DNA of 31,867 nt from a virus (IMGVR_UViG_3300017991_000291:1-31867), one strand, 5' to 3'. Shown: positions 5,989 to 15,190, numbered from the stretch's first letter. Numbers and translations: made by a program. Notes: generated from the sequence alone by a model not told the origin.

Positions 5989-7019
5989 TATATTGCCTTT
6001 GCCAAATTCAGCTTGGCTTTGACGCGGCTTTTAGCAACATGCAATGGTGTTTTGCCAGTCACCGCGCCTGTTTCAAGTATCGACAAAACGCGATGCTTGA
6101 TGTTGTCAATCTCGCGCATATGATCTTGTTTCGTGACGTAGTTGGCCGCTGCAATCACACCACCAGCGTTGGCAATGAAGTCTGGAATATACAAAATATC
6201 CTTTGTTTTCAATGCGTTAGCCAAGTCGTCATCTGCAAGCTGATTGTTTGCAATTCCACAAATTGCCTTGCATTGCAACTGTGCAATAACACCACTTGTC
6301 AGAATTCCACCAAGCGCACACGGAGCCAAAATATCGCACTCCGTCGAAAGAATTTCACTTGAGTGAACAACCGTTGCGTTTAATTCTGTCGCCATTGTCT
6401 GTCCGAGGTTTGGCATGTCGTCATCAATCGTTATATCGGAGATGAACAATTGTCCAACACCGACTTTGTGAAGAAGTCTCGCCAACGCATAGCCGGTTTT
6501 GCCAACCCCTTGAATTGCAACGCTTTTTTGCGTCAAATCCCAACCGTTAAACTCCGCAACGGCGAGAATTGCGTTGAATGCACCGCGTGCTGTGCTTTCC
6601 AAAATTGGCGTTGCTACGCCACAAACATATTCACTCGTTCGAGACACGGCACGCATATCGCCCAGGGTTGAGCCAAAATCAACGGCAGTGTAATATTGCC
6701 CAGCCAACTGATTAACATGTTCACCGAAACACTCGAAAAGTTCTTTACGATCTTTTCCATCCCAAGTGTTTGAAAGTATTACACTTTTCCCACCCCCCAA
6801 CGGAAGATCAGCAGCAGCACATTTGTATGTCATCCCATGTGACAAACGCAGTACGTCTCGCAGAGCATCATTTGGATTGTCATATTTTGCAAAGCGACAA
6901 CCACCAACCGCTGGTCCTAGCGTCGTATCATGAATGGCAATCATGCCACGTAGCCGACCACCCAACCCATTGAACATGAATACTTTTTCATGATTTGCAT
7001 AACTACTGTGTGTGAACAT
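5988..7019 (-). CDS. Leu/Phe/Val-type amino acid dehydrogenase (Glu/Leu/Phe/Val family)
   Basis: IAIHDTTLGPAVGGCR, LRLSHGMTYK, LGGGKSVI, QGVGKTG, PCALGG, GIANNQL, PDFIANAGG. Confidence 0.93.
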   Translation of the reverse strand: MFTHSSYANHEKVFMFNGLGGRLRGMIAIHDTTLGPAVGGCRFAKYDNPNDALRDVLRLSHGMTYKCAAADLPLGGGKSVILSNTWDGKDRKELFECFGEHVNQLAGQYYTAVDFGSTLGDMRAVSRTSEYVCGVATPILESTARGAFNAILAVAEFNGWDLTQKSVAIQGVGKTGYALARLLHKVGVGQLFISDITIDDDMPNLGQTMATELNATVVHSSEILSTECDILAPCALGGILTSGVIAQLQCKAICGIANNQLADDDLANALKTKDILYIPDFIANAGGVIAAANYVTKQDHMREIDNIKHRVLSILETGAVTGKTPLHVAKSRVKAKLNLAKAI

Positions 7020-7324
7020 TATTTGTGTCCCAATCCTCTAACTGCACAATCAACATCATATTGCATGTACTTGAAATTGCTGTATGTTCGTATAACAGCT
7101 TCATCTTCATGCAGTTCTTCTTCCGTGGCTTCAAGCCCATTGCAGAACGGCGATAGGAACTCGGCAGCGTGTATCGAATATTCAACGGGTCGATTTGAGT
7201 CAACCACCTGATAATAATAAGTTTGTTTACTTCCCTTCGGTGCTGTAACCCGTCGAACATAAAGAGATTCTTGCTGCAAAGCATACATCATTTCCAGCAA
7301 ACATTCGTCGCTTGTTCTGCTCAT
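7019..7324 (-). CDS. Hypothetical protein, 101 aa
   Basis: ATGA and TAATG overlaps with both neighbours. Confidence 0.65.
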   Translation of the reverse strand: MSRTSDECLLEMMYALQQESLYVRRVTAPKGSKQTYYYQVVDSNRPVEYSIHAAEFLSPFCNGLEATEEELHEDEAVIRTYSNFKYMQYDVDCAVRGLGHK

Positions 7325-7587
7325 TTTGAATCCATGTTATATGTTAGGCCAATAATTTTGTTGCCGTCTGTTTCATACAGCGATGGTGCACCAAACATGC
7401 TCGTCAACAACTCGATTTGCTCTGCTGACATTTCATTCATCAACTCCTGGCCTTCACACCAGAACATCAACGAAATGCCATCGTCATCAACGCTTATACC
7501 ATTTTCCTTGACGATTTGCAAGTCATCCAGGTGCTTCGTGGTGAAATCCTCGATGTATTTTCGTTTGGAACTTGTGCGACGGGGCAT
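7321..7587 (-). CDS. Hypothetical protein, 88 aa
   Basis: AGGAG RBS; overlaps the speD 3' end by 65 nt. Confidence 0.55.
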   Translation of the reverse strand: MPRRTSSKRKYIEDFTTKHLDDLQIVKENGISVDDDGISLMFWCEGQELMNEMSAEQIELLTSMFGAPSLYETDGNKIIGLTYNMDSK

Positions 7588-7933
7588 GGCCTTCTTCTCC
7601 TAGATATTTAACGATATTTTGGATGCATTCAAAAGCATCACACGATCCGCACATATAGACATCCAGAGTGGCCAAATTGTATTCTGGCCATGTATGGACG
7701 GATGCATGGCTTTCTGACAAGACTAGCATTCCTGTGAACCCACCAAAATCAGAATTCTCGCCGGGGAAATCGTTAACCGATCTATACAGAATGGTTGCGC
7801 CTTCTGCGAGAACAGCACGTTCCATGATATTCATCAGAATTGCTGAGTTGTTGGAAAAACACACTTGGTTCAATTCTGGTTCCCACCGCAAATCCAACAT
7901 TGCGTGTTTTCCGACATATGGTATCGCTTTCAT
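7523..7933 (-). CDS. speD: S-adenosylmethionine decarboxylase proenzyme (class 1B)
   Basis: GKH..LDL, GFTGMLVLSE/SHASVHTWPE, DVYMCG, C-terminal RG. Confidence 0.92.
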   Translation of the reverse strand: MKAIPYVGKHAMLDLRWEPELNQVCFSNNSAILMNIMERAVLAEGATILYRSVNDFPGENSDFGGFTGMLVLSESHASVHTWPEYNLATLDVYMCGSCDAFECIQNIVKYLGEEGHAPSHKFQTKIHRGFHHEAPG

Positions 7934-7947
7934 TTCGAAACCCTTCT

Positions 7948-8001
7948 AAAAAAAGACGCCAGTTGAGCAGGAACATCAACAACGGAACTCAACCAGCGCC
8001 T
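7948..8001 (-). terminator. Terminator-like hairpin directly upstream of speD
   Basis: AGGCGCTGGTTGAG, 20-nt loop, CTCAACTGGCGTCT, then a T-run. Confidence 0.6.
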
Positions 8002-8004
8002 ATT

Positions 8005-8178
8005 CTATCTCAGCTTATCATCAACCCAGGAACGACATATCTTCATCGCAGTATTTATATCAGTCATGCGCCACCCAGGAATGTATTCCTTATCGATGAA
8101 GACATTATACGCACCACTCACCCATAACAATGCTATGTGCTTTCCGCGATATGTTTCCGAATAATATCTATCCTGCAT
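8005..8178 (-). CDS. Hypothetical protein, 57 aa (MQDRYYSETYRGKHI...)
   Basis: GGAG RBS before ATG 8178. Confidence 0.6.
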   Translation of the reverse strand: MQDRYYSETYRGKHIALLWVSGAYNVFIDKEYIPGWRMTDINTAMKICRSWVDDKLR

Positions 8179-8189
8179 AACAACTCCGT

Positions 8190-8522
8190 TCAAAGCGTGT
8201 TTGGAATATAGAGACACCTAACGTATTGATATCCCTCGACATTTAGAATGCAAGCGTGCATTTTATTGTCTTTCGAAACGCGTAAGTCTCCTGCTGGTTG
8301 TGTGTCGAAGAACACTCCCGTCCCATGCTTCGTCGTCACTTCCCACCCAGCAATTGGCTCCTGGCCATGTTGTGAAACAACTACACGTTTTGCCTTCAAC
8401 ACTGGTGCACAATCCTGCTTATTGCAACAGTCGGCGTCATACCACTCGTGACCATGCGACGGTGCGGAGAGAATGGCAATAAACAAAATCGCCAGAAAAA
8501 GCATTGCATATCTCACAACCAT
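8190..8522 (-). CDS. Secreted Cys-rich protein
   Basis: Signal peptide then HEWYDADCCNKQDC..SKD..HAC..RCLYIP, a pattern I recall from alphaproteobacterial phages. Confidence 0.7.
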   Translation of the reverse strand: MVVRYAMLFLAILFIAILSAPSHGHEWYDADCCNKQDCAPVLKAKRVVVSQHGQEPIAGWEVTTKHGTGVFFDTQPAGDLRVSKDNKMHACILNVEGYQYVRCLYIPNTL

Positions 8523-8611
8523 AGCTTAACTCCCGCTGACAACAAAACAACAAGCAAAATCACCAAAACGACTATGTTCAGTGATGCTTCAACGAAATTC
8601 TTATTGTCCAT
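8513..8611 (-). CDS. Small membrane protein, 32 aa
   Basis: Manual translation MDNKNFVEASLNIVVLVILLVVLLSAGVKLWL; AAAGGA RBS. Confidence 0.5.
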   Translation of the reverse strand: MDNKNFVEASLNIVVLVILLVVLLSAGVKLWL

Positions 8612-8623
8612 TCCAGTTTCCTT

Positions 8624-8830
8624 TCACTTTTTCAACGTCTTGTTGCAAATGTCATGAATTCTGTCAACGCTTGGCTCGTCTTGCAAAAGCACTTCCAACA
8701 AAATTTCTTTTATGGCAGTACGCAATTCAGTGATCTTGTCTCCCATCTTTTCACACGCTTCCTGTGCTCGTTGCCTCTCAGCCCTAACACACATCAATTC
8801 TGCTTCCAGCGTCTTCTTTGTCATTGACAT
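8624..8830 (-). CDS. Small coiled-coil protein, 68 aa (MSMTKKTLEAEL...)
   Basis: GGAG RBS; start revised from the track. Confidence 0.6.
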   Translation of the reverse strand: MSMTKKTLEAELMCVRAERQRAQEACEKMGDKITELRTAIKEILLEVLLQDEPSVDRIHDICNKTLKK

Positions 8831-8845
8831 ATCAATTTCTCCGTC

Positions 8846-8880
8846 AGGCGGTTTGGTGTTTTGACCAAACCGCCTATTTT
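8846..8880. terminator. 12-bp stem hairpin downstream of the CobS-like gene
   Basis: aggcggtttggt / accaaaccgcct; the T-run is on the plus side, so it may be a processing or stability hairpin for the minus-strand transcript. Confidence 0.5.
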
Positions 8881-8888
8881 GTGTGTCC

Positions 8889-10040
8889 CTAGAAGGGAAT
8901 TTCGTCATCATCATTTGATGTTGGTGTGGGTGTTTCGTTGCTGGCATTGACATCGATCTTCGAATACAAGTCCTTGAATGCCGTCTTGCTGTCCGCCTCG
9001 AAGCGAGATACACACAGTTCGATTGCCTTCATACGATCACCGAAGATAGCATACGTCTGAACGATGTGACAGAGACGACGCGTTGTGATGACATCTTCAA
9101 CACCGTCATCTTCGTATGTCTTGCGAATTGCATCGGCCCAAAGAACCAGCTTGTCCGCGAATTCCTCGTCAACTTTACCAACATGATCCATGTGCTTCAT
9201 GATGATGCGCTTTTCGACAGCAGGCGTCGGATAAGGCTGGCAGAACGTCAGGATAAAACGCTCCATCAGAGCCTCGTCGAGAATTCGCGCAGAGATGAAC
9301 TTGCCATCGTCAGAACCACGGCCCAACGTGTTGCCAGTTGCGATCACCGTGAAGCCAGGGGCAGGGTGTACCAGTTCGCCAGTCTTCTTGATCAGGATCG
9401 GCTTGCCTTCCAGAACGCCTTGAAGGCACATCAAAGGGCGCTCAGGCCGATCCATCTCGTCAATGAGCAGAACCGCGCCTCGTTTCATCGCACGTACCAC
9501 AGGGCCTTCTGAGAATACGGTAGCGCCATTTTCGAGACGGAAGCCACCAATCAAGCTGTCTTCATCAGTATCTTCGCTGATCTGAACACGGAGCATTTCA
9601 CGACCAAGCCGTGCACATGCCTGCTCGACCATGAAGGTTTTGCCGTTGCCAGAGAGACCAGCAATCCAGATCGGATAGAACGTGCCAGATGCAATGATCT
9701 TTTCAACGTCCTTGGCATGTCCCCACTTGACGTAGAGGTTGTTCTTATTTGGCACGAAAATCTCTTCGCGAATTTGCGGGGTGTTCTGAAACACGTCAGC
9801 CTTGGAAACTTCATCGACCTCGGTTTGTGGCTTCCGTTCGATGGGAACGATCAGAGCGTTGAAATTGTAGAAGCCTTTGTGAATTTTCTGCATCTTGTTT
9901 TGCAGCGACTTTGCCACAGTTGGGTGCGCGCCGAGACGGGCACACATCTCATTGATGTCGCGAGTGCGAACATCACCAAGCGGGTATTCGTTGGCGAGTG
10001 TGTCGAGAATGGTGCTTTCGGTTTGAGTCAAAGTGGTCAT
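8889..10040 (-). CDS. cobS: CobS/MoxR-like AAA+ ATPase (phage CobS family)
   Basis: GLSGNGKT, DEDSLIGGFRL, LLIDEMD, TGNTLGRGSDDGKF, LDEALMERF, ITTRRL. Confidence 0.9.
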   Translation of the reverse strand: MTTLTQTESTILDTLANEYPLGDVRTRDINEMCARLGAHPTVAKSLQNKMQKIHKGFYNFNALIVPIERKPQTEVDEVSKADVFQNTPQIREEIFVPNKNNLYVKWGHAKDVEKIIASGTFYPIWIAGLSGNGKTFMVEQACARLGREMLRVQISEDTDEDSLIGGFRLENGATVFSEGPVVRAMKRGAVLLIDEMDRPERPLMCLQGVLEGKPILIKKTGELVHPAPGFTVIATGNTLGRGSDDGKFISARILDEALMERFILTFCQPYPTPAVEKRIIMKHMDHVGKVDEEFADKLVLWADAIRKTYEDDGVEDVITTRRLCHIVQTYAIFGDRMKAIELCVSRFEADSKTAFKDLYSKIDVNASNETPTPTSNDDDEIPF

Positions 10041-10082
10041 TTGATGTTCCTTAAGTCTCGTGTTGTCCGTTGTTGATGATTA

Positions 10083-10111
10083 GTTATCGCATGTCTGGGA
10101 GAGGAAGTCAA
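10083..10111 (-). promoter_or_regulatory. Early promoter
   Basis: TTGACT (10111-10106), 17 nt ending ATGC, GATAAC (10088-10083). Confidence 0.75.
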
Positions 10112-10112
10112 G

Positions 10113-10139
10113 AAAAAAGTTGGGCCGAAGCCCAACTTT
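10113..10139 (-). terminator. Rho-independent terminator
   Basis: AAAGTTGGGC-TTCG-GCCCAACTTTTTT right after the VWA gene stop. Confidence 0.9.
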
Positions 10140-10140
10140 C

Positions 10141-12240
10141 TTATGCAATCAGATCAATGAATTTGTTCACAATGATCCGAGTGCCACGCTTAGAACCAGC
10201 GTGCTTCTTGAAGGCATTGATAATCCTGCCTTTTGTCGCAGTTGGATCGAATTCCAGTTCTTCCGTGAAAGCATTCAGCGATGCCGACTTGACAGGAATG
10301 TTGAAGCGACGATCATAACCATCAACATCGTCTTCAACCATCGGCTCTGCATCAGCTTTCCATTCCAGTCCCATCATCATGGCTTGACTTCTTTCAGCCA
10401 GGATGAAATGCGTGACTGTATCGACAGCACCACTTTTACGATACCAATCATAGATGCCCTTGGTGAATTTGCTGATAGCATTTCTAAAATCCGTATTGCT
10501 ATCAACGCACAGCATCGTGCGCTTATCGAGCATGACACGATCCGCGCGTTCGCGTCTTCCAGTTGCACTGTATTGAGACATCCACTGAGGCGCACCATCT
10601 GTTAAAACAACCATATTCATCTTATCAAGATTGTGACGAATTTTGAGTTCCTTAACAGCCGGTTGTAGTGCGATCAGTGCCTCAAACATTGGAGTACCGC
10701 CCATAGACATTCTAGCGCCAATCAGATGATTACAAGCAGCCTTGAATTCGTTCTTGCTCATTTCGCTGGACAACAACTCCAACACATTCACAGAACGCAT
10801 ATCGAGAGTTGCTATTGCTTTGTCGTCCGAAAGACTTCGTGAAGGGGAAAAAGCTCCCCCTGAAGTGAAAGAATAAACCGCGAACGGAATATTCGCCTTC
10901 CTACAGAACATCGCCAAAATAATCGCCTGACGAATGACTTTATGTATCACGCTGCTCATTGAGCCCGATGAGTCGATGAGCATAACCATTCCATGCGATT
11001 TTCCAGTTGGCAGTTTCATACCACGCAGGAAAATCTCATCGTTGTAGCGATACTCGTGCAAGCGAGACATATTGAGCGAACCCGTCTTGACGACTTTGGC
11101 CATTTTGTACTGCGCCGCTTTGCGCTTCATCGTGAATTCTTTGACCAAGGCGTTCACAGCCGCACTATTATCCTTGGCAAATTCATCATATGCACCAAAG
11201 GTATTAGCATTACCCAGAGTCAACTTTCTGATGCAACCCTTGCGTGCTTTATCAGAGACAGGCTGCGCAACAGGAGAACCGTCGCCGGAAAATTGTTGTT
11301 CGACGTTTTTCTCCATTGAACGCAACGTTTTCGAGATCAGCTTGTCTGCCAATTCTTCATCAGTGATGGTTTCTTCTGGACGCATCTTACCAGCACCAGA
11401 CCCCAACTCACTGTCAGCGTTTTTGCTGTTGAGACCTACGGTTTTGGCATCATCACCAGCATCGGTTTCTTCACCGTCACCGTTACTAGAACCATCACCA
11501 TCCGTCTCGCCGCTATCTTTGCCGACGCCATCATCACCAGCTTCGGCACTGGTATCGCCTTCACCTTCACCGTTGCCTTCACCAGCAGCAGCGTCTTCTT
11601 CGCCTTCTTTTCTGTCCATCCCATCCTTTTCTTGAGAGATGCCATTGTCCATCATGACATCCTGCATGCTCTTTTCGGCTTCGTCGAACTTTTTGCCGAG
11701 ATGGGCAACGATGTCCTTTGACAACTGAATAACCTCGGCAAAGGTCTCGGTGGTGTAGCACCGATCAAACAGAACTTGCTCTTCTGGCGTGAATTCCACA
11801 GTCACCAGATCACGAGCCTTGGCTTTCAGGTTGATGCGATCCAGAAATCCCATGTCAAACACGGAGAAATCGCGCTTCTTACCGACACTGAAAAAGTCCA
11901 TATCCATTATGTGCTTGTAGCCACGGCGGAAATCCTTGACCAAGCCAGGATACCGACGAAGGATCAGTCGCTCAATGCGAACATCCTCGACGATGTTGAC
12001 CAAATCTTGAAACTTCGGATTTTCTTTGACATAAGAAATCCACTCTTCCAGCGGGGTGTAGAGTGCGTGCGAAACCTCGTGGCCGACCAGCATGTCGTAC
12101 GTTTCTTCGTTGTTCCAAGCCGGAAGACCCAGAGTGCGCGTTTTGATGTCGAAGAAAGCAGTCTTGTAGTTGCCGTGCTGCACATCAATGTTCTCGTTGG
12201 CAAGCAGCCTAGCAAAGACTTCTTTGTGGGTGAGTATCAT
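10141..12240 (-). CDS. CobT-like metallopeptidase / VWA domain protein (MoxR partner)
   Basis: GHEVSHALYT (HExxH), NIVEDVRIE, acidic Gly-rich linker, MIDAS DSSGSM / GGTP / LTDG. Confidence 0.88.
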   Translation of the reverse strand: MILTHKEVFARLLANENIDVQHGNYKTAFFDIKTRTLGLPAWNNEETYDMLVGHEVSHALYTPLEEWISYVKENPKFQDLVNIVEDVRIERLILRRYPGLVKDFRRGYKHIMDMDFFSVGKKRDFSVFDMGFLDRINLKAKARDLVTVEFTPEEQVLFDRCYTTETFAEVIQLSKDIVAHLGKKFDEAEKSMQDVMMDNGISQEKDGMDRKEGEEDAAAGEGNGEGEGDTSAEAGDDGVGKDSGETDGDGSSNGDGEETDAGDDAKTVGLNSKNADSELGSGAGKMRPEETITDEELADKLISKTLRSMEKNVEQQFSGDGSPVAQPVSDKARKGCIRKLTLGNANTFGAYDEFAKDNSAAVNALVKEFTMKRKAAQYKMAKVVKTGSLNMSRLHEYRYNDEIFLRGMKLPTGKSHGMVMLIDSSGSMSSVIHKVIRQAIILAMFCRKANIPFAVYSFTSGGAFSPSRSLSDDKAIATLDMRSVNVLELLSSEMSKNEFKAACNHLIGARMSMGGTPMFEALIALQPAVKELKIRHNLDKMNMVVLTDGAPQWMSQYSATGRRERADRVMLDKRTMLCVDSNTDFRNAISKFTKGIYDWYRKSGAVDTVTHFILAERSQAMMMGLEWKADAEPMVEDDVDGYDRRFNIPVKSASLNAFTEELEFDPTATKGRIINAFKKHAGSKRGTRIIVNKFIDLIA

Positions 12241-12265
12241 TGGTCATCTCCGTTGTTGTGCATCT

Positions 12266-12304
12266 GTTATCGCACATCAGCGGATGGGTGTCAACAACTT
12301 TTTT
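12266..12304 (-). promoter_or_regulatory. Early promoter
   Basis: AAAAAAGTTG-TTGACA (12294-12289), 17 nt ending GATGTGC, GATAAC (12271-12266). Confidence 0.8.
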
Positions 12305-12328
12305 GCAGCCATTTGTGGCTACACACGG

Positions 12329-12820
12329 CTACGATCTCTCGGATCGCAATGGAGCCGGATAGTTCCAGGGAGACACAAGTTCGATGTCATAGTCAATCAT
12401 GTATGTATCATCGTCAGTCACGATATAACGAAACACGTTGCGCCCCTCGTTGCCACTCATGATCAGCGGCATACCATTGACTAGTATGCGTGCTGAACAA
12501 AAGCTGACTGTTTTAGACGATGTGTTGCGATAGTAAATGCGCGGAATGACAACAATCGTTGACGCTTCTAGCCATGCCGATACTTCGTTGGCTGTTTGAA
12601 AATCTCGCATGTTCTTTGTTTTCATGTATTGATTGCGCCAGGGCGAAATGATCATGTGCTTGGCAGTAGCCTTCACTCTCTCGACAGATTTCTTTTGAGC
12701 ACATACAGTTCCATCTGCTTGAAGCAGTGTTGTTCCGTTTGGAACGATTGGCGGAACTTCGCTGGCAAGTGCGCTTGCCGCAATAAACACAGAAATCAGA
12801 AAAGAGAGAAGATAGGCCAT
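12329..12820 (-). CDS. Secreted hypothetical protein, 163 aa
   Basis: Signal peptide ending ALA; AAGGA RBS. Confidence 0.65.
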   Translation of the reverse strand: MAYLLSFLISVFIAASALASEVPPIVPNGTTLLQADGTVCAQKKSVERVKATAKHMIISPWRNQYMKTKNMRDFQTANEVSAWLEASTIVVIPRIYYRNTSSKTVSFCSARILVNGMPLIMSGNEGRNVFRYIVTDDDTYMIDYDIELVSPWNYPAPLRSERS

Positions 12821-12823
12821 TGT

Positions 12824-13282
12824 TCAAATCCTTTTGGTTGATTTTTGTCTCGTGCATTCATCCCAGCGACAAACCAATCCAATTGCTCTGCCATGCGCTT
12901 CAATCTCAGCCGGGTCATCAAAATAGTGCTTTGATTTTGTCGGGTTCAATCGTTGAAGAGATTTCGACAGCACTCGCCCACTGTTTTTGCACAACTCACC
13001 ACGCACAAATTGTTTTACGTGTACTAGTTCGTGAGCAAATGCCAATTTCTGCTCGTGTCGCGACATACTTGGTCTTATCCAAATGACATAGGAATTTCCA
13101 TAGTCATGATGCGTAAAGCCCTTGTAACCTGCATACTCTCTACCGTTATGATCGAACCCTATTTTCAATTCGAGCGTATTCATTTCCTCTGGCGTCATCA
13201 ACAGCCCAAGCATATACTTTGCCATGTCACGAAACACATCATCTGTGATTTTTTTGTTCGTACCACGAAATATACATCTCAT
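12824..13282 (-). CDS. Putative zinc metallopeptidase
   Basis: AHELVHVKQ and PAEIEA motifs; AGGAGG RBS. Confidence 0.8.
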   Translation of the reverse strand: MRCIFRGTNKKITDDVFRDMAKYMLGLLMTPEEMNTLELKIGFDHNGREYAGYKGFTHHDYGNSYVIWIRPSMSRHEQKLAFAHELVHVKQFVRGELCKNSGRVLSKSLQRLNPTKSKHYFDDPAEIEAHGRAIGLVCRWDECTRQKSTKRI

Positions 13283-13301
13283 GACATTACCTCCTGTTTA
13301 G

Positions 13302-13985
13302 CTACGCCAGTGTTTTTTCAATGAGAAGCCTCGACTGTTTTTCAATGAAAAATAGTGCTGAATGCAGAGCATCATCGCTAATATTGGCAACCACCACGCT
13401 GCAACTCGGCTTCGGTTTTTCATATACGTTCAAAATCATGCAGCCATCAATGTTGCGACCAATCTCTTCTTCGTACATTCTCGCGTAGGTGAGAGTCTGT
13501 ACGAAGTAATCTTTCATGTATTTGGTGCTCTTTTTCGTTTCGCTGGTTTTGTAATCGGCAATGACAGTTTTACCATCATGCAGTGTACAGACTAAATCCA
13601 CAGTGCCAGCAGCACCAATGTCTTCGTTATGCATCATCAACTCAATTGCATGCACAGCTTTGATGCGCTTTTGCATCTTCTCAATGAGAGGCGGCATCAG
13701 ATGTTTGTATTTAGCATCAATGTTGATTTCACTCTGCCCAGATAAAAGAAAATGCTCGATTGCTTCATGAACAGCAGTTCCTCGCTCCAACGCCTTCTGG
13801 CTGATAAACGACCAATCTGGGGTGTTTTTTCGCCAGCTTGCAAGGCTCTTCTGTTTCTCGGGCGTATCCAACAACGAAGTGACGGATGGCAATGGTGTGT
13901 TGCCATCCTTTGTATAGAACCGCGTTCCATTGATATCAACACGTTTCACTTCGTGTTGATATTCGTCCAATTCCAGCTTAATCAT
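13302..13985 (-). CDS. PD-(D/E)XK exonuclease
   Basis: PSVTSLL, RGTAVH, GTVD, ADYKTS, Q...YA. Confidence 0.85.
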   Translation of the reverse strand: MIKLELDEYQHEVKRVDINGTRFYTKDGNTPLPSVTSLLDTPEKQKSLASWRKNTPDWSFISQKALERGTAVHEAIEHFLLSGQSEINIDAKYKHLMPPLIEKMQKRIKAVHAIELMMHNEDIGAAGTVDLVCTLHDGKTVIADYKTSETKKSTKYMKDYFVQTLTYARMYEEEIGRNIDGCMILNVYEKPKPSCSVVVANISDDALHSALFFIEKQSRLLIEKTLA

Positions 13986-14368
13986 GTTGCCGATCCATAA
14001 ACAAGAGTGTGCACAACAGCGAAGATTGCCATAACAAACAGCACTGCCAATGAGACGTGTACCGTTGCTCGCTGTTGTGATTGAAAGAATTCGAGACCAA
14101 GAACAGTATCATGTCGTTTTCCAATGATTGCTTGAAGATAACCACAGACGTTGAAAAGCAAAGCAAGCGACGCAATCTTGATCATTGGCAACAAACCATC
14201 CTTGCCAAACATCAATCCGATATAAATAGCCAATAGTAAAATTGGCACCGTGGCAGATAAGGAAAAACCACGCGAACTGTGATAGTTTATAGTCTCGTTT
14301 GGCCGCCTAAGCCACTGCATGATGTTCATCAAACTCTCCATTTCATCACATTTTTTGGTTGCTGTCAA
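13982..14368 (-). CDS. Membrane protein with about 3 helices (start uncertain)
   Basis: Hydrophobic segments; GAGG before a TTG start. Confidence 0.6.
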   Translation of the reverse strand: MTATKKCDEMESLMNIMQWLRRPNETINYHSSRGFSLSATVPILLLAIYIGLMFGKDGLLPMIKIASLALLFNVCGYLQAIIGKRHDTVLGLEFFQSQQRATVHVSLAVLFVMAIFAVVHTLVYGSAT

Positions 14369-14372
14369 CCCC

Positions 14373-15125
14373 TCAATGATACCCTAGTGCATTGCACGCT
14401 ATGATGTACTGCCTCGCCTTACCAGAACGCACAACATCCAATGCTGTCATGTTCACGAATTCGAAACACTCCATCTGCTTACAAATTTCGATCATTCTGT
14501 TCAGATCATACTTACCTTTTCTTTCATCGAGATCGGATTGTGCCGTATCACCACAGAAAATGATTCGCGATCCCTCACCGACGCGAGACATGATCGTGTG
14601 CAATTCCATCCATGATAAATTTTGACACTCATCAACTATGATCGTTGTGTTGTCAAATGTCAACCCTCTAAGAAAACTGGTTGACGTGAATTCGATTGCC
14701 TCTTTCTGCTTGAGAATTTCGTATGCATCAGAACGATTAAACAACTGCTCCGTGATGCTATAGTAAGGCAGTTCATAATTCCTCATTTTCTCATTTTCTG
14801 ATCCAGGCAGAAACCCCATATCTCGCGACGGAACAACAGAACGGACCACAAGAACCTTATCACAATTTTCCAATACAACTTCACGCAAGGCGAAATAGAA
14901 AGCCATCAATGTTTTTCCAGTTCCTGCACAGCCATGCAAAAATAAATCTTTGCCATGATACCACGCTTCAAATGCTCGTCTCTGATTTTCTGTAAGAGGC
15001 TGAATATCTATCAATGGCATTGTATTCAGTGTGACCTTTTCCTTTCGTAACTGCCGTTTCGCTTTTTTTGTCAGTTGTTGTGCGATTTGCATTTTACGTT
15101 TTCTCCTGTGTGTTCTTGATTTCAT
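14373..15125 (-). CDS. phoH: PhoH-like ATPase
   Basis: GCAGTGKT, MGFLPG, FLRGLTF, IVDECQN, CGDTAQSDL, DVVRSG. Confidence 0.95.
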   Translation of the reverse strand: MKSRTHRRKRKMQIAQQLTKKAKRQLRKEKVTLNTMPLIDIQPLTENQRRAFEAWYHGKDLFLHGCAGTGKTLMAFYFALREVVLENCDKVLVVRSVVPSRDMGFLPGSENEKMRNYELPYYSITEQLFNRSDAYEILKQKEAIEFTSTSFLRGLTFDNTTIIVDECQNLSWMELHTIMSRVGEGSRIIFCGDTAQSDLDERKGKYDLNRMIEICKQMECFEFVNMTALDVVRSGKARQYIIACNALGYH

Positions 15126-15155
15126 ACTCAGCGTCGGTTTCTATCCTTTCTCCTG

Positions 15156-15183
15156 AAAAGCGAAAGCCGCGCAATTGCGCGGC
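15156..15183 (-). terminator. Probable terminator
   Basis: GCCGCGC-AATT-GCGCGGC-TTTCGCTTTT. Confidence 0.65.
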
Positions 15184-15190
15184 CCTCTGG

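Noticed and set aside
11380-11640. Low-complexity G/D/E-rich stretch
   Set aside because: Ordinary acidic linker between the peptidase and VWA domains of CobT-like proteins.
8889-12240. Cobalamin biosynthesis role for the CobS/CobT-like pair
   Set aside because: No CobN in the window; the MoxR-AAA plus VWA pair is common in T4-like phages and is more likely a chaperone or remodeller.
13302-13985. Cas4 / CRISPR adaptation nuclease
   Set aside because: Lacks the Fe-S cysteine arrangement of Cas4; it is an ordinary T4-like PD-(D/E)XK exonuclease next to phoH.
14221-14228. TATAAATA late promoter on the plus strand
   Set aside because: Inside a minus-strand gene with no credible plus-strand gene downstream; likely chance.
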